The notes under the pieces: model-generated
The model's database searches: none
What the model was told of the DNA's origin: nothing
The model's input: the letters and a program-made list of their open reading frames with translations, nothing else
Translations under genes and position numbers: made by a program
In this document: positions 8,439 to 18,717 of the stretch, piece after piece
Position numbering within the stretch: position 1 is the stretch's first letter
Layout of the letters: each line of letters opens with the position of its first letter
Origin: Candidatus Saccharimonadota bacterium
GTDB taxonomy: Bacteria; Patescibacteriota; Saccharimonadia; Saccharimonadales; Saccharimonadaceae
Reading direction: 5' to 3'
NCBI GenBank assembly: GCA_017404795.1
Contig: JAFRBR010000005.1
Location: forward strand, 129 to 64,128
DNA length: 64,000 nucleotides

Positions 8439-9884
8439 TCAATCTTTACCCTTGTCGTTCCGAAAAGAAAACATTACCGGAGTGCCGACCAAGGGATATT
8501 TTTCACGCAATTTTCGCTCCAAAAACCGTTTCCACGACCAATGCAAAAGCCCCAAATCGTGTCCATGGACCACAAACCAAGGCGGGCAAACGTCCGTCTG
8601 CACCATGTATTTAGGTTTCGGGCGAGTGTTTTTGAGCCCAGCCGGCGGATGCGCGGCTACCGCTTCGCTTAAAATCTTGTTTAATTCCGATGTCTTTATC
8701 TCTGTATGGCGGCTTTCATCTATCTCTAGCGCCAACTCAAACAGCCGGGTTACATTTTTCCCTGTCTCAGCGCTAGTAATTAGCACTGGCGCATAAGGCA
8801 AAAAATCAAAATCTCTCTCTAACTCGTCCAAGATTTCATCAGTATCTTCCACCAAATCCGTCTTAGTCAAAACCAATACAACTCCCTTCCCCGCCTCTAC
8901 AATTTGCCCCGCTAGGGACTGGTCCAGCTTGGCGTGTGGTTCAGTACTGTCGACGAGTAGCGCACAGACATCAGATTCCTCAATTGCCGCCAGAGTGCGG
9001 ATAGCGCTAAACTTCTCTATCCCCACTTCTCGTTTGCCAGGCTTACGCAGCCCCGCCGTATCTAAAATCTCCAGCTCTCGTCCCTTGTACTTGACCTGCA
9101 CTCGGTTCACATCTCGAGTTGTCCCTTGTTTAGAGCTCACAATCGCCTGCTGTTTCTTCCCCAGCGAATTAAACAAGCTACTCTTCCCTACATTCGGCCG
9201 CCCAATTAGCGCTAATCTAAGAGGAAGTTTGGCGCGGGTGGTGGGAAATGCCTTTTTCACGGACGTTTCCCGATTTTCGAGCCCCGAGACGTATATTCCT
9301 GACGGCGCCGAGAAAGCTGCCCGAAGGGCAGACTTTCCCGGACGCCCAGTGTATGACGTCGAGGGCGAGAAAGTCGGTCCTGAAAAAGGCATTCCCACCA
9401 GGACCCGCGCCAACGCGCCTTTTAGATCACGAATGCCTTGGCCGGTCGTAGCCGAAGTATAGAAGATCCTTTCGGGGTCAACCCCCAGCGCCCGAAACTC
9501 TGTCACCGGCAACGATTCTTTCAAATCGCACTTATTCAGCACCAAAAACACCGGTTTGTTGGACCGCAACGCATCTTTGGCGATTTTAGCATCTTTATGG
9601 TCAAAATATTTAGTTGAATCTAGCGTCACCAAGATTATATCCGCTACCTCTATCGCATCTGCAATCTGCTCTTGAATCGAAGCCTCAAAATCATCCGTCG
9701 GATCCTTCAGCCCCGCCGTATCAATTAGGACAAACGCGTCGTCAATCGTTGCTACTACATTATCCCGAGTGGTCCCCTCTTCCCGCGCCACAATCGCGAT
9801 ATTTTTGCGGGCCATTCGGTTGAGTAGGCTGGATTTTCCGGCGTTAGTCTGTCCAATCAGTGCTACAATCGGCAGTTTACTCAT
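8439..9884 (-). CDS. der: Ribosome biogenesis GTPase Der (EngA), with a ~60-aa insertion in the GD1-GD2 linker
   Basis: Two GTPase domains (GQTNAGKS/DTAG/NKCD and GRPNVGKS/DTAG/TKTD) and a KH-like C-terminus; leaderless start. Confidence 0.96.
   Translation of the reverse strand: MSKLPIVALIGQTNAGKSSLLNRMARKNIAIVAREEGTTRDNVVATIDDAFVLIDTAGLKDPTDDFEASIQEQIADAIEVADIILVTLDSTKYFDHKDAKIAKDALRSNKPVFLVLNKCDLKESLPVTEFRALGVDPERIFYTSATTGQGIRDLKGALARVLVGMPFSGPTFSPSTSYTGRPGKSALRAAFSAPSGIYVSGLENRETSVKKAFPTTRAKLPLRLALIGRPNVGKSSLFNSLGKKQQAIVSSKQGTTRDVNRVQVKYKGRELEILDTAGLRKPGKREVGIEKFSAIRTLAAIEESDVCALLVDSTEPHAKLDQSLAGQIVEAGKGVVLVLTKTDLVEDTDEILDELERDFDFLPYAPVLITSAETGKNVTRLFELALEIDESRHTEIKTSELNKILSEAVAAHPPAGLKNTRPKPKYMVQTDVCPPWFVVHGHDLGLLHWSWKRFLERKLREKYPLVGTPVMFSFRNDKGKD
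9229..9413. repeat. In-frame palindromic element in der
   Basis: Arms TTGGCGCGGG..TGGTGGGAAATGCCTTTTTCA / TGAAAAAGGCATTCCCACCA..CCCGCGCCAA; inner CTGCCC-GAA-GGGCAG hairpin and CGAGCCCCG core. Confidence 0.88.
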
Positions 9885-9996
9885 ATCCAAATTATACCAT
9901 AAAACCATAAAAAATAAAGTATTGACACGGTTGCTATTCATATGATACAATAAAACTGCGGACCTAACCCCCCTTGGGTCCGCAATTTTGAGTTAA

Positions 9997-10073
9997 GGTC
10001 TCGTCGTCTAGCGGTCTAGGACTCCTGGTTCTCATCCAGGCAATCGCGGGTTCGAATCCCGCCGAGATCACCA
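9997..10073 (+). tRNA. tRNA-Glu(CTC)
   Basis: Acceptor GGTCTCG/CGAGATC, anticodon stem CCTGG-TTCTCAT-CCAGG, T-loop TTCGAAT, encoded CCA; upstream TTGACA-N18-TACAAT. Confidence 0.97.
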
Positions 10074-10106
10074 AGAAATAAAATAGACACTAAGGGTCTC
10101 ATTTTT

Positions 10107-11405
10107 TTAATAAACCACATTACCATAATTTGGCACTGCGGTAATAAAAGTCTGCCCGGGGGCTAATTTGATTTCCTCCCCGTTCGCATCAGTAAATTTA
10201 ATCTGATCCGCAGCACTAGATTTTTGCCAATTACCCTTTATTACGATACCGTTTTGAAAGATATACGCCTCGCCCGAGCCAATCGCCGTGATGTCCTCGT
10301 GATAATTATCTGAGGCTCGTGATTCTTGCACTATCATCGCTATTACCACCGATGGCGCAACTTGGGTCAAACTACAGACATCCTCGGGGTTTTTCTGGCC
10401 CAAATCCTCTGCTCCGCAATTGTAGACTTGATGAGGGCCCCCACTGGCATAGCTTCGTGCGTAAGTGTTGCTGTTCGAATCATAATTATAATTAACATTA
10501 AAATCTGCCCAGCCCCCCAAATTCAAAGCAACCGTGGGGACCTTTGTCTCCATTGCTGAGGTATCTTTCTCTGTAGCCTTAGTGATCTCCAATTTTTCTG
10601 CTACCGATTCATCCACTCTCTGCTGCTCAGACTCTGCTGGCGTCAATCTCGCAAAACCCTTCACATCTGAGCTGTTGTATCCCTGGTCAACCCCAAATTG
10701 CTTCAAACTAGCCGATGTGGTAAACAAATTGTTCCACAACCTACCCCCATAAGTCCCCCGGTACATATAAGTATAGTTTTCATCAAGATTTCGGTACCCG
10801 TTAGCTACTGCGCTCAGAGCATCGCCAGAACCACCAGCGTGAACAATTGTACAATCAAACGGCGTATCCCACTGTAAATAGTAAATCCTGAGCGACCGCA
10901 CCGGCCCAATAATTGCCGCAGTCGGATTTTGGTAAATCGCTGCAAAACGCGTAATCCCCGCCTCGGCAATGGCCTCAAATACCACCCCTGCATCAGTTAG
11001 CCCCGCTTGCGGTCTAGCTCCATCGGTGCCGTTTGGCATCTGGACGCAGTATGTAGGCGCGTTCAAAAGTTCCGCATTAGTCACAATCTCCCCGGTTAAG
11101 GCACTATAATCGGCCTTTTCGGATGTTTTAGACGGGATGGTCGGAAAATTCAAACTAGCCGGTTCGGTATTAAACCCCAGCAAAGCCACCAACAAACAAA
11201 TCAATCCTCCTGCAAAACTTACCCCACCGGCTATTTTCATCACCAGCCACTTTTTACCACCCGCGGACTGGACCGACCTTTCTTTTTTTACTAATATCCT
11301 TTCTTGTCCCTGTTCTTTCCCTAATTTTTTTTCTGGCTTTGTTTCACCAGTAAAAGCCGCTCTCAGTTCCTCGCTTGTCACAGTTGAATTATTTTGTTTG
11401 TCCAT
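10107..11405 (-). CDS. DUF3048 (YerB-like) membrane-anchored protein
   Basis: N-terminal TM, ARPQAGL..A.VVFEAIAEAGITRF, GPVRSLR, L.PGQTFI motifs. Confidence 0.85.
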   Translation of the reverse strand: MDKQNNSTVTSEELRAAFTGETKPEKKLGKEQGQERILVKKERSVQSAGGKKWLVMKIAGGVSFAGGLICLLVALLGFNTEPASLNFPTIPSKTSEKADYSALTGEIVTNAELLNAPTYCVQMPNGTDGARPQAGLTDAGVVFEAIAEAGITRFAAIYQNPTAAIIGPVRSLRIYYLQWDTPFDCTIVHAGGSGDALSAVANGYRNLDENYTYMYRGTYGGRLWNNLFTTSASLKQFGVDQGYNSSDVKGFARLTPAESEQQRVDESVAEKLEITKATEKDTSAMETKVPTVALNLGGWADFNVNYNYDSNSNTYARSYASGGPHQVYNCGAEDLGQKNPEDVCSLTQVAPSVVIAMIVQESRASDNYHEDITAIGSGEAYIFQNGIVIKGNWQKSSAADQIKFTDANGEEIKLAPGQTFITAVPNYGNVVY

Positions 11406-11632
11406 AGCTTACTCCACTTTTAAACTATTTCTCCTCTATTATAACCTAAACATAAGTTTATTACAAATTTTTCAGAAGTTTTCCACAACCTTTTTCAAAA
11501 AATTAGCATAATAGTTTACTTTTGTAATTTCTTATGTTAATATAAACCTATAAAGGTCACACACTGAAAATGAAATACAAAAATTTTCAAAAAAGTCGTA
11601 AATGTCTAAAGTTCTTATGTTATAATAAGACT

Positions 11633-12613
11633 ATGCTTAAGACAAAAACGAGGGTCAACATTGCTTTTGTGGCGGTCTTGTCAATTGCGGCAGGGGTCCA
11701 GGCTGGTAATTTTGTTGCTAATCAGGCTACTGCTGCTAATACAACCTTCGAAGTTAATGTCGTAGAGAACCTCACCGTCAGCGTAACCTCTCCCCAGACC
11801 GGGGCAGTTGGCAATATCAACACTTTCCTTCGTAACGACATTAACGTCAGCGTTATCTCTAATAATACCGCCGGCTTTACGGCCTCAATGTATTCCAAGG
11901 ATACCACTGATCTTACTAATACCGCCAAGAGTACGGCTACTATCCCTACTATTTCTTCCGGCACTACCTATACTTGTAGCACAGCTGCTTGTACAGAGTT
12001 TGGTACTAACGTTTGGGGGTATTCTACTAATGACGCCTCCCATACCGGCACCTACAGCCCGATGGTCAGCACTAGCAGCAGCCCCATTAACCTCATCACT
12101 GCCGCTTCTGGCACTACCTCTGCTAGTCAAGATGTCTATTTTGGCGCTAAAGCCGATGTGACCAAGGCTTCCGGTACCTACATTGGTACCGTGATTATTA
12201 GTGTAGTTGGCGGCGCCATCGAAAACGATAATACCGATCCCGATTACAACCCAGTTACACCAGTCAACCCAGCCGTAGACAACGATACTAACGGTACCAA
12301 TCCATCCTACGCCACCAATTATGGCAATAATGGCGACGAGGGCTGGACCACTTACACTACCACCTCTACTAGCGGTTCTGGTTCTTCCGCTACCAACACC
12401 ACTACTACTCAGGTCAGCGGTGGCGATACTCGCAACAGTTACTCCAACCCAGCTGGCGTCACCGAAAACACCGTTGCTAGCATCAACGACAATACCCCAG
12501 TCGCCACTGGTCTAGCCGTAGCCTCGACCGTCGCCGCTACTTCTGGCATGTTCTTCTTCATCCTAGCCAAGCGTCGAGGAGACGACGAAGACGAAGAAGA
12601 AGAGTCCGCCTAA
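11633..12613 (+). CDS. Secreted Thr/Ser-rich surface protein (WxL/pilin-like beta domain) with C-terminal TM and basic/acidic tail
   Basis: Signal peptide, SNNTAGF / WGY / ASGTY.GTV pattern, NPAG..TM..KRR tail; leaderless start. Confidence 0.65.
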   Translation: MLKTKTRVNIAFVAVLSIAAGVQAGNFVANQATAANTTFEVNVVENLTVSVTSPQTGAVGNINTFLRNDINVSVISNNTAGFTASMYSKDTTDLTNTAKSTATIPTISSGTTYTCSTAACTEFGTNVWGYSTNDASHTGTYSPMVSTSSSPINLITAASGTTSASQDVYFGAKADVTKASGTYIGTVIISVVGGAIENDNTDPDYNPVTPVNPAVDNDTNGTNPSYATNYGNNGDEGWTTYTTTSTSGSGSSATNTTTTQVSGGDTRNSYSNPAGVTENTVASINDNTPVATGLAVASTVAATSGMFFFILAKRRGDDEDEEEESA

Positions 12614-12640
12614 ATCCCCAGAGTATGGTATAATACAGAT

Positions 12641-14086
12641 ATGAAAATTGTTACTAGATTTGCCCCTAGTCCTACCGGCTATATCCATATTGGTAATGTC
12701 CGCTCGGCTATTTACCCCTATTTGTTAGCCCGTCAAGCCGGCGAGAATGGCATAATGATTCTACGGATTGAAGATACCGATCGTGCTCGCCATGTTGAAG
12801 GTGCCACCGAATTAATTGAAGACACTTTGGAGTGGTTAGGCCTTAATTGGGATGAGGGTCCCATTGTGGGTGGCCCACATCGGCCTTATTTCCAAAGCGA
12901 ACGCCAAGAAATTTATCACCGGTGGGCTCGTAAACTAATTGAATCCGGCCGCGCCTATGCCGATCCTACCCCGCCAGAGCAGATCGAAGCTTACCGCAAG
13001 GAATGTAGCGCCAAGAAAATCCCTTTTCTCTATCGTAATTTCCGCCCCAAGGACACTCCTGAATGGCAACCAGGTATACCTCTCAGGTTCAAGGCCGAGC
13101 CTAGGCCTTACACTTGGCATGATGAAGTCATGGGCGATCTTAGTGCCGGTCCCGAAATCCAAGATGACATTATTTTAATCAAAAGGGACGGCTACCCGAC
13201 TTACAACTTTGCCCATATTGTCGACGATGCCGAAATGGGGGTCACCCACGTTATGCGTGGTGCAGAATACCTTTCTAGTACCCCTAATTACTTGGCCCTC
13301 TACGACGCCCTAGGCCTTGAACGCCCTAAGCTTGTTTCCCTTCCTCATATTTTAGCTCCTCAGGGCAATAAGAAGCTCGGCAAGCGTGATGGCGCTAAAT
13401 CTGTCACCGAATACCGCGATGACGGCATTCTTTCCGAGGCTATGCTCAACTACTTGGCTTGTCTAGGCTGGAACGATGGCACCGAGCAAGAAATCTACAC
13501 CAAAGATGAGCTCATCCAGCGCTTTTCTCTAGACCATATTCAGAGCTCCGGTGCGCGCTACGATGAAACCAAACTACTCTGGTATAATGGCCAATGGCTC
13601 CGCCGGATTTACGACGAACAAGGCCCCGAGGCTCTTTATGCTCGCACTACTAGGTTTTGGCCCGAGTCTGCCAGTAGCTACGACGACGCATACAAACTCA
13701 AAGTCCTCAGCATCATCTATGACCGTTTAAAGACCCTTTCTGACCTTCGGGTTATGACCGATTATTTCTTTGCTGATCCTGTTATCGACCTCGACATGCT
13801 AACAAATAACAAATTCCTCAAAAAACTGTCCGAATCCACCATAGAAGAGCTACTAAAACAGACCATCCAAAAGCTTACAGACCTAAAAGATTGGCAAGCC
13901 GACAGCCTGCAACAGGCCCTAAACGAACTATTATTAGAAACCGGCCGCAAACCCGCTGAACTGTTTAGCCTCATCCGAATCGCCCTTAGTTTTGCCCCCT
14001 TTAGCCCCGCACTCAATCTCACCCTCGAGGTCTTAGGTCGGGACACCTCCCTCTCCCGACTAAACGCCGTAGCTAGAAGTATCTAG
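12641..14086 (+). CDS. gltX: Glutamate--tRNA ligase
   Basis: TRFAPSPTGYIHIGN, LRIEDTD, KRDGYPTYNFA, KLGKR motifs. Confidence 0.97.
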   Translation: MKIVTRFAPSPTGYIHIGNVRSAIYPYLLARQAGENGIMILRIEDTDRARHVEGATELIEDTLEWLGLNWDEGPIVGGPHRPYFQSERQEIYHRWARKLIESGRAYADPTPPEQIEAYRKECSAKKIPFLYRNFRPKDTPEWQPGIPLRFKAEPRPYTWHDEVMGDLSAGPEIQDDIILIKRDGYPTYNFAHIVDDAEMGVTHVMRGAEYLSSTPNYLALYDALGLERPKLVSLPHILAPQGNKKLGKRDGAKSVTEYRDDGILSEAMLNYLACLGWNDGTEQEIYTKDELIQRFSLDHIQSSGARYDETKLLWYNGQWLRRIYDEQGPEALYARTTRFWPESASSYDDAYKLKVLSIIYDRLKTLSDLRVMTDYFFADPVIDLDMLTNNKFLKKLSESTIEELLKQTIQKLTDLKDWQADSLQQALNELLLETGRKPAELFSLIRIALSFAPFSPALNLTLEVLGRDTSLSRLNAVARSI

Positions 14087-14967
14087 AGCGATACTGCAAT
14101 CGAACGAATCTGCTTATTGGTCAAAGTCCCAGCCGTGGTTGTAATTTTGTAAACCATCCCCCCATTAACCCAAGCTGCATCACTCTCGCTGATATAAATA
14201 GTCAGGCCCTGTTCACGCACAATAGTGTAATCTTCTCCGTAAGTGTCCTTAACGTAATTAGAAACAAGCGCATTAGTGTCCCAAGACGACTTTTCTTCGG
14301 ACAAAGTAAAGCTGTCACCTGTGTCACCATTAGTAAAGACCATGGTAATTTTGCCTTCTTCTGAGGTAATACTAGAAATACTGTAATCTCTAGGCACATA
14401 ATTAGGGTAAGCCGGGTCCATTCCTGTCTGCATCGCTGCCACCCGAAGCGAGATATCGGGCATGTTCAAATTTACAAAATAAACAATTGCAAATACTGCT
14501 GCCGCTGCACAAGCTGTAGCTAGCATAACCCGTCCAAATCCAAAATGCATCCGTCCACTCACTTTGTTAGCCTTTATTTTCTTAGTCTGAGCTTGCATCG
14601 TTGCTTTTTCCTCCACTTTGACCTTTTCCGCTGATGCCAAGGCTTTTTGGATGGCCTGGTCTTTTAGTTCTTTGGCGCTAACTTTAGACATTTCGGCTGG
14701 TGCCGCCACTTGCATTCGTTTTTGCATCCTAGTGCGGGCGGTTTCCTGCAAGGGGTGAGCCATAGCGGGAGCCATCATCTCTTCCTGCTGCATCGGCTGC
14801 TCTTGCTTTGGCATATTAAAATGCTGTACCTTGTCGCTACGTTTAATCTTTACCTTTACATCCGAGCTTTGCGCGGGGCGCTTAGTGTATTTACGACTCA
14901 GAGTAGTAGAAGCCTGCACCCGACGATGATTAGCTTGATTAACTCGCTGATTTTCAGTTGTCTGCAT
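14083..14967 (-). CDS. Membrane protein with C-terminal DUF4367-like domain
   Basis: Basic N-terminus, single TM, PNYVP.DY...AAWVNGG C-terminal domain; start chosen at the SD-preceded ATG. Confidence 0.6.
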   Translation of the reverse strand: MQTTENQRVNQANHRRVQASTTLSRKYTKRPAQSSDVKVKIKRSDKVQHFNMPKQEQPMQQEEMMAPAMAHPLQETARTRMQKRMQVAAPAEMSKVSAKELKDQAIQKALASAEKVKVEEKATMQAQTKKIKANKVSGRMHFGFGRVMLATACAAAAVFAIVYFVNLNMPDISLRVAAMQTGMDPAYPNYVPRDYSISSITSEEGKITMVFTNGDTGDSFTLSEEKSSWDTNALVSNYVKDTYGEDYTIVREQGLTIYISESDAAWVNGGMVYKITTTAGTLTNKQIRSIAVSL

Positions 14968-15084
14968 ATTACCTCGCTTATTCTTATATCTATCATACTC
15001 CACTTTTTATAAAAACACAAGGGTTATTTTTATTAATTATTATGTTATAATATAGTCAACTGGTAAATTCCGGTATTAATAGTT

Positions 15085-16482
15085 ATGGACAGCGAAAAAA
15101 TCAAAAAAAAGCAGAGCCTCAAAGTAATCATTTCGGAGGCTATTATGGTTTTGGCCGTAGTGATTATGGTGGCGGTTCTAGCGCTGATTGTTTCCGGTTA
15201 TTGGGTAAATTCAGATTTCAAAGTAGAACGTCAAGGCATGCTCCAGGTCGCCTCTATCCCTACCGGCGCCGACCTAGATATTGATGGTGAATCATCTTGG
15301 CTGCAACGTACCAATACTTCTAAAGTTTTACCTAGCGGTCAGCATACCGTCACTATCTCCAAAGAGGGCTACGACACTTGGTCCAAGCAGATCAATATCA
15401 CCGAAGGCTTGCTCTATCGCTTACAATATCCGCGGCTCTTTCTTATCGATCGCGAATCCACCAAAGTCCTCGATACCAGCAGCGCTACTTCGGCCAGTGT
15501 TTCCCCTGATCGCAACAAACTTCTACTTCTCAACAACACTACCGAATGGGAGCTAGTTAATTTGCGCAATGACAATCTAGAACCCAAAAAACTCAATATC
15601 GCCCCGTATTTTTCTAGTGTTAGTCTAGCCGAGGGCGCTTCAGTCGGGCTTTTTACTGGTAAAATCACAAATATTGACTGGGATCGTGGTAGTAGCCACG
15701 TTCTCGTAAGGGTAGAAACTCCAGATAGCACCGAATGGGTCCTTATCGACACCGAAAACCTCAAAAACAGCCTCAACCTTTCCAAAGAATTTGGCGCTAA
15801 CTTTACCTTAGTAGAGATTTTGGATAATTCCTCTAGCAATCTACTCGCCGTTCAAGACGGTCATCTTCGCAAGATTGACATTCCTGGCAAGGCCATCTCT
15901 GCTGTTCTCGCTGATCAGGTGGTAGATTTCGATCATTACGAAACCGAAATCGTTTTTTCAGCTACCAATTCCACCGGTGGATATACTATTAATCTTCTTC
16001 GGATTGGCGACGACGAAATCACCAAATTAGAATCTACCTCCACATTCGCCAAAGTAGTAATTTCCAAATTTTATGACGAAATGTATCTTACTGTCTTGCA
16101 AGGTAACACCGTTTCTCTCTATCAAAAAACCGACTTCACCCCAGTTTCGAGTTTTGAACTAAGCTTTAACCCCGAATACATAAAAGTCGGCCAAGGCGGC
16201 GAATTCATTACTATGTATACTGGTACCGAGATAGCTACTCTCGACATGGAAGCTTTGTCTGTTCGCGAATGGCGAGCCGAAGGCGACAGTTTTGGCTGGT
16301 TAGACAATGATATGATTTACACAATTACTGATGGCGAACTAATCGTTTATGATTTCGATGGTTTTAACCGCCGGACTCTAGCCCACAATGTTTCTAGCCA
16401 TTTTCCAGTCACCATTACCGATGACAAATGGCTTTATTATTTTAGTGACGGCAGTTTAATTCGGGAATTAGTTGCCCGTTAG
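15085..16482 (+). CDS. PEGA domain-containing protein with propeller-like C-terminus
   Basis: TM then GMLQVASIPTGADLDIDG...LPSGQHTVTISKEGYDTWSK PEGA signature. Confidence 0.85.
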   Translation: MDSEKIKKKQSLKVIISEAIMVLAVVIMVAVLALIVSGYWVNSDFKVERQGMLQVASIPTGADLDIDGESSWLQRTNTSKVLPSGQHTVTISKEGYDTWSKQINITEGLLYRLQYPRLFLIDRESTKVLDTSSATSASVSPDRNKLLLLNNTTEWELVNLRNDNLEPKKLNIAPYFSSVSLAEGASVGLFTGKITNIDWDRGSSHVLVRVETPDSTEWVLIDTENLKNSLNLSKEFGANFTLVEILDNSSSNLLAVQDGHLRKIDIPGKAISAVLADQVVDFDHYETEIVFSATNSTGGYTINLLRIGDDEITKLESTSTFAKVVISKFYDEMYLTVLQGNTVSLYQKTDFTPVSSFELSFNPEYIKVGQGGEFITMYTGTEIATLDMEALSVREWRAEGDSFGWLDNDMIYTITDGELIVYDFDGFNRRTLAHNVSSHFPVTITDDKWLYYFSDGSLIRELVAR

Positions 16483-17685
16483 CCAGTTCCAAATCCCTTC
16501 AAAGAAAGACGGCTCATTAGACGGCATTGATTCGGACGTGTTTTGGTCTACAGTGGGCAGACTCTCAGCCTTTTCGGCCCCTTCGTAATCTGGCGCAATT
16601 TGTTCCGCCGTCACCAGTAAACGGTATCTCGAAGTCCCTAATGGCGTGCAAGTCACCAGGGTGAGTAGTGGTTTATCTGTCTGCACCACTAGGGCCGCCA
16701 CATTGGTCGGCTCCACCACTTCTTTTTTGATTACTTGGTAAGTATAGCGCACCGAGTTGTAGTTGATATAAATCAAATCCCCGTCTTCTAGTCTCTCAAG
16801 TCCCGAGAAGATGTATTTGTACTGGTTTGAACTATACACATCCCCCGCTGAGTGGCCGGTAATCACCAAATTGCCGATTTCGCCCGGGTAGGCGCTAGCC
16901 CCCGCAACGCGGTAATGCGCCACACCATTATTCATTGCGCTCATTACCTCGCTAAGTGGAATTCCAAAATGTACTGGCACATCTACGTTTAGTTTGGGGA
17001 TAATTAACCGCGGGTCAGCCGAAACTTTCTGGGTGATCGTAGGGTCCACCGCTTCAATCTGCGAAGCTGGCGCATTGCCTGGTGACACATAGGCCATAAT
17101 CGGCGCAAAAATCAATCGGTTGTATTGCAAGAACAAAATCAATAATGCCACCGCTACTCCTGCTAGAATCGGGATTAAATGCCGGTGTCGGCGAGATTTT
17201 TTGGCGTTGTCAGTAGCTTTTTTGCGGATTTTACGGCGCAAATCGTCCCGGATACTCTCCTCACCTGCGGAGTTTGCGGACGCGCTAGCAAGCGTCCCGT
17301 TCCCTGTTTGAAGCGTCATGTCTGATTTTTTGCCCAATTTAGCGCTAGACTTTGTCAAAGATTTCAAAATCTCTTCTTCTTCGGCTTTTTCCCTAGCTTG
17401 TTTGAGTTTTTCCTTTTCTATATAGGTCCGAGCCGCCTTGGAATAGTATTCGCTGTAGTATTTCTGGTAGTAATCTTGCCAAGCCGAGTGGTATTTTTTC
17501 CAAGATTCGGAATTGATTTTGGGGCTGATAGGCTCGTCTTTCAAGTGACCATCATTGGTAACGGCCTCTTGGGCTGATTTTTTGGCATTCTCAGCATAGG
17601 CCGCCAGAACCTTCTTTCTGGCTAGCGCAGCTGCTGCTTGTCTCTGTAAGTCATTCGAAGACTGCCCACCGTTTGCTGAATCCAT
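16468..17685 (-). CDS. Sortase
   Basis: ITGHSAG, LTLVTCTPLGT, RLLV catalytic His/Cys/Arg motifs after a TM. The ORF-track N-terminus is spurious (antisense tRNA plus promoter). Confidence 0.93.
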   Translation of the reverse strand: MDSANGGQSSNDLQRQAAAALARKKVLAAYAENAKKSAQEAVTNDGHLKDEPISPKINSESWKKYHSAWQDYYQKYYSEYYSKAARTYIEKEKLKQAREKAEEEEILKSLTKSSAKLGKKSDMTLQTGNGTLASASANSAGEESIRDDLRRKIRKKATDNAKKSRRHRHLIPILAGVAVALLILFLQYNRLIFAPIMAYVSPGNAPASQIEAVDPTITQKVSADPRLIIPKLNVDVPVHFGIPLSEVMSAMNNGVAHYRVAGASAYPGEIGNLVITGHSAGDVYSSNQYKYIFSGLERLEDGDLIYINYNSVRYTYQVIKKEVVEPTNVAALVVQTDKPLLTLVTCTPLGTSRYRLLVTAEQIAPDYEGAEKAESLPTVDQNTSESMPSNEPSFFEGIWNWLTGN

Positions 17686-17780
17686 AGGCCAATTATAGCA
17701 TAAATCATTAAAATATGATATAATGCCTCTATGAACGTCTCTAGGAGCGGTTTCTACGAGCATCTTTAGGGGCATTCTAC

Positions 17781-17867
17781 GGGCGAGTGGCGGAACTGGT
17801 AGACGCGCTAGACTCAAAATCTTGTGGCCTTCGGGCCGTGAGGGTTCAAGTCCCTCCTCGCCCACCA
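17781..17867 (+). tRNA. tRNA-Leu(CAA)
   Basis: Acceptor GGGCGAG/CTCGCCC, anticodon loop CTCAAAA, long variable arm, encoded CCA. Confidence 0.97.
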
Positions 17868-18000
17868 GAAAAAATACAAAATCTTCAGATTCTGTATTTT
17901 TTCTGGTGCGACTTTACGATGTCGCTAGAACCTATTTTAGTATGAAAAATCAAAACTCCTTATCCTTTTTAGCCTCCACCCCCAATATATTATCTACCTA

Positions 18001-18122
18001 TTGACATTTAATACAAAGTATGCTATAATGAAGATATTAAGCAAAAGTTTTATTGCTTCGTAATATTATCAATCTGTTAGTTGTTTAGGCAACCGGGCTT
18101 AAAGCCCAGAAAGGAGTCAGCT
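18001..18122 (+). promoter_or_regulatory. Cassette A promoter and conserved leader
   Basis: TTGACA(18001)-N17-TATAAT(18024); TAAGCAAAAGTTTTATTGCTTCGTAA; hairpin GGGCT-TAA-AGCCC directly before AGAAAGGAG. Homologous to 32804-32946. Confidence 0.85.
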
Positions 18123-18671
18123 ATGCTGACCGTCACCCCTAGTGCACGCGTATCCAAACTCGAGCAGAAGGTTAAGGCCTTCGGAAAGCAAATTGCCACA
18201 GACGATCATCCTATGCCCGTCACCGTCAAGTCCTTCCCCTCGGTGTATTTCGAGGAGGATAGCTACGAAGGTCAAAACTACCCATTACTGAAGACCGAGT
18301 ACCGGACTTCGGACGGGGTTCATGGCTGTTCTGGCTTCACGCTGGACGAAATCCTCTGTCGTAATGCCGGAGACCTAACTGGGCGCACTTCCTGTGCATT
18401 CCTGAACGATCATTGCGCCATCCCCTATTGGCCTACCGTACACGAACTTCATGATCATATCATTGAAGTGGCGGAAAACTGGGAAAGCTGGGGACAAGGC
18501 GACTTCGGCGCGATGGTTTTCTCAGTCTTTATGGTAGAGGAACACACCGCCGACTGCTTGCGTGGCGTCTTGCGCAGATACCAGTATACCACCCACGAAG
18601 GACATCGGTTCCGTCATCATGAGACTGTTGATGAGGAGGTCATCATCCTCCTCCACCCCAACGACCGCTAG
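18123..18671 (+). CDS. Hypothetical protein (cassette A cargo), His/Cys-rich
   Basis: Strong SD before ATG 18123; no recognised family. Confidence 0.75.
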   Translation: MLTVTPSARVSKLEQKVKAFGKQIATDDHPMPVTVKSFPSVYFEEDSYEGQNYPLLKTEYRTSDGVHGCSGFTLDEILCRNAGDLTGRTSCAFLNDHCAIPYWPTVHELHDHIIEVAENWESWGQGDFGAMVFSVFMVEEHTADCLRGVLRRYQYTTHEGHRFRHHETVDEEVIILLHPNDR

Positions 18672-18690
18672 ATTAAAAAGGAGGCGCCAG

Positions 18691-18705
18691 ATGCCCTGGC
18701 CCTAA
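18691..18705 (+). CDS. Micro-ORF MPWP*
   Basis: AAAGGAGG (18677-18684), 6-nt spacer, ATG CCC TGG CCC TAA. Confidence 0.5.
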   Translation: MPWP

Positions 18706-18717
18706 AAGCAACTAAGC

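Noticed and set aside
16468-17865. ORF-track sortase N-terminus MGEEGLEPSRP...
   Set aside because: It is the antisense of tRNA-Leu(CAA) plus promoter; the real start is ATG 17685.
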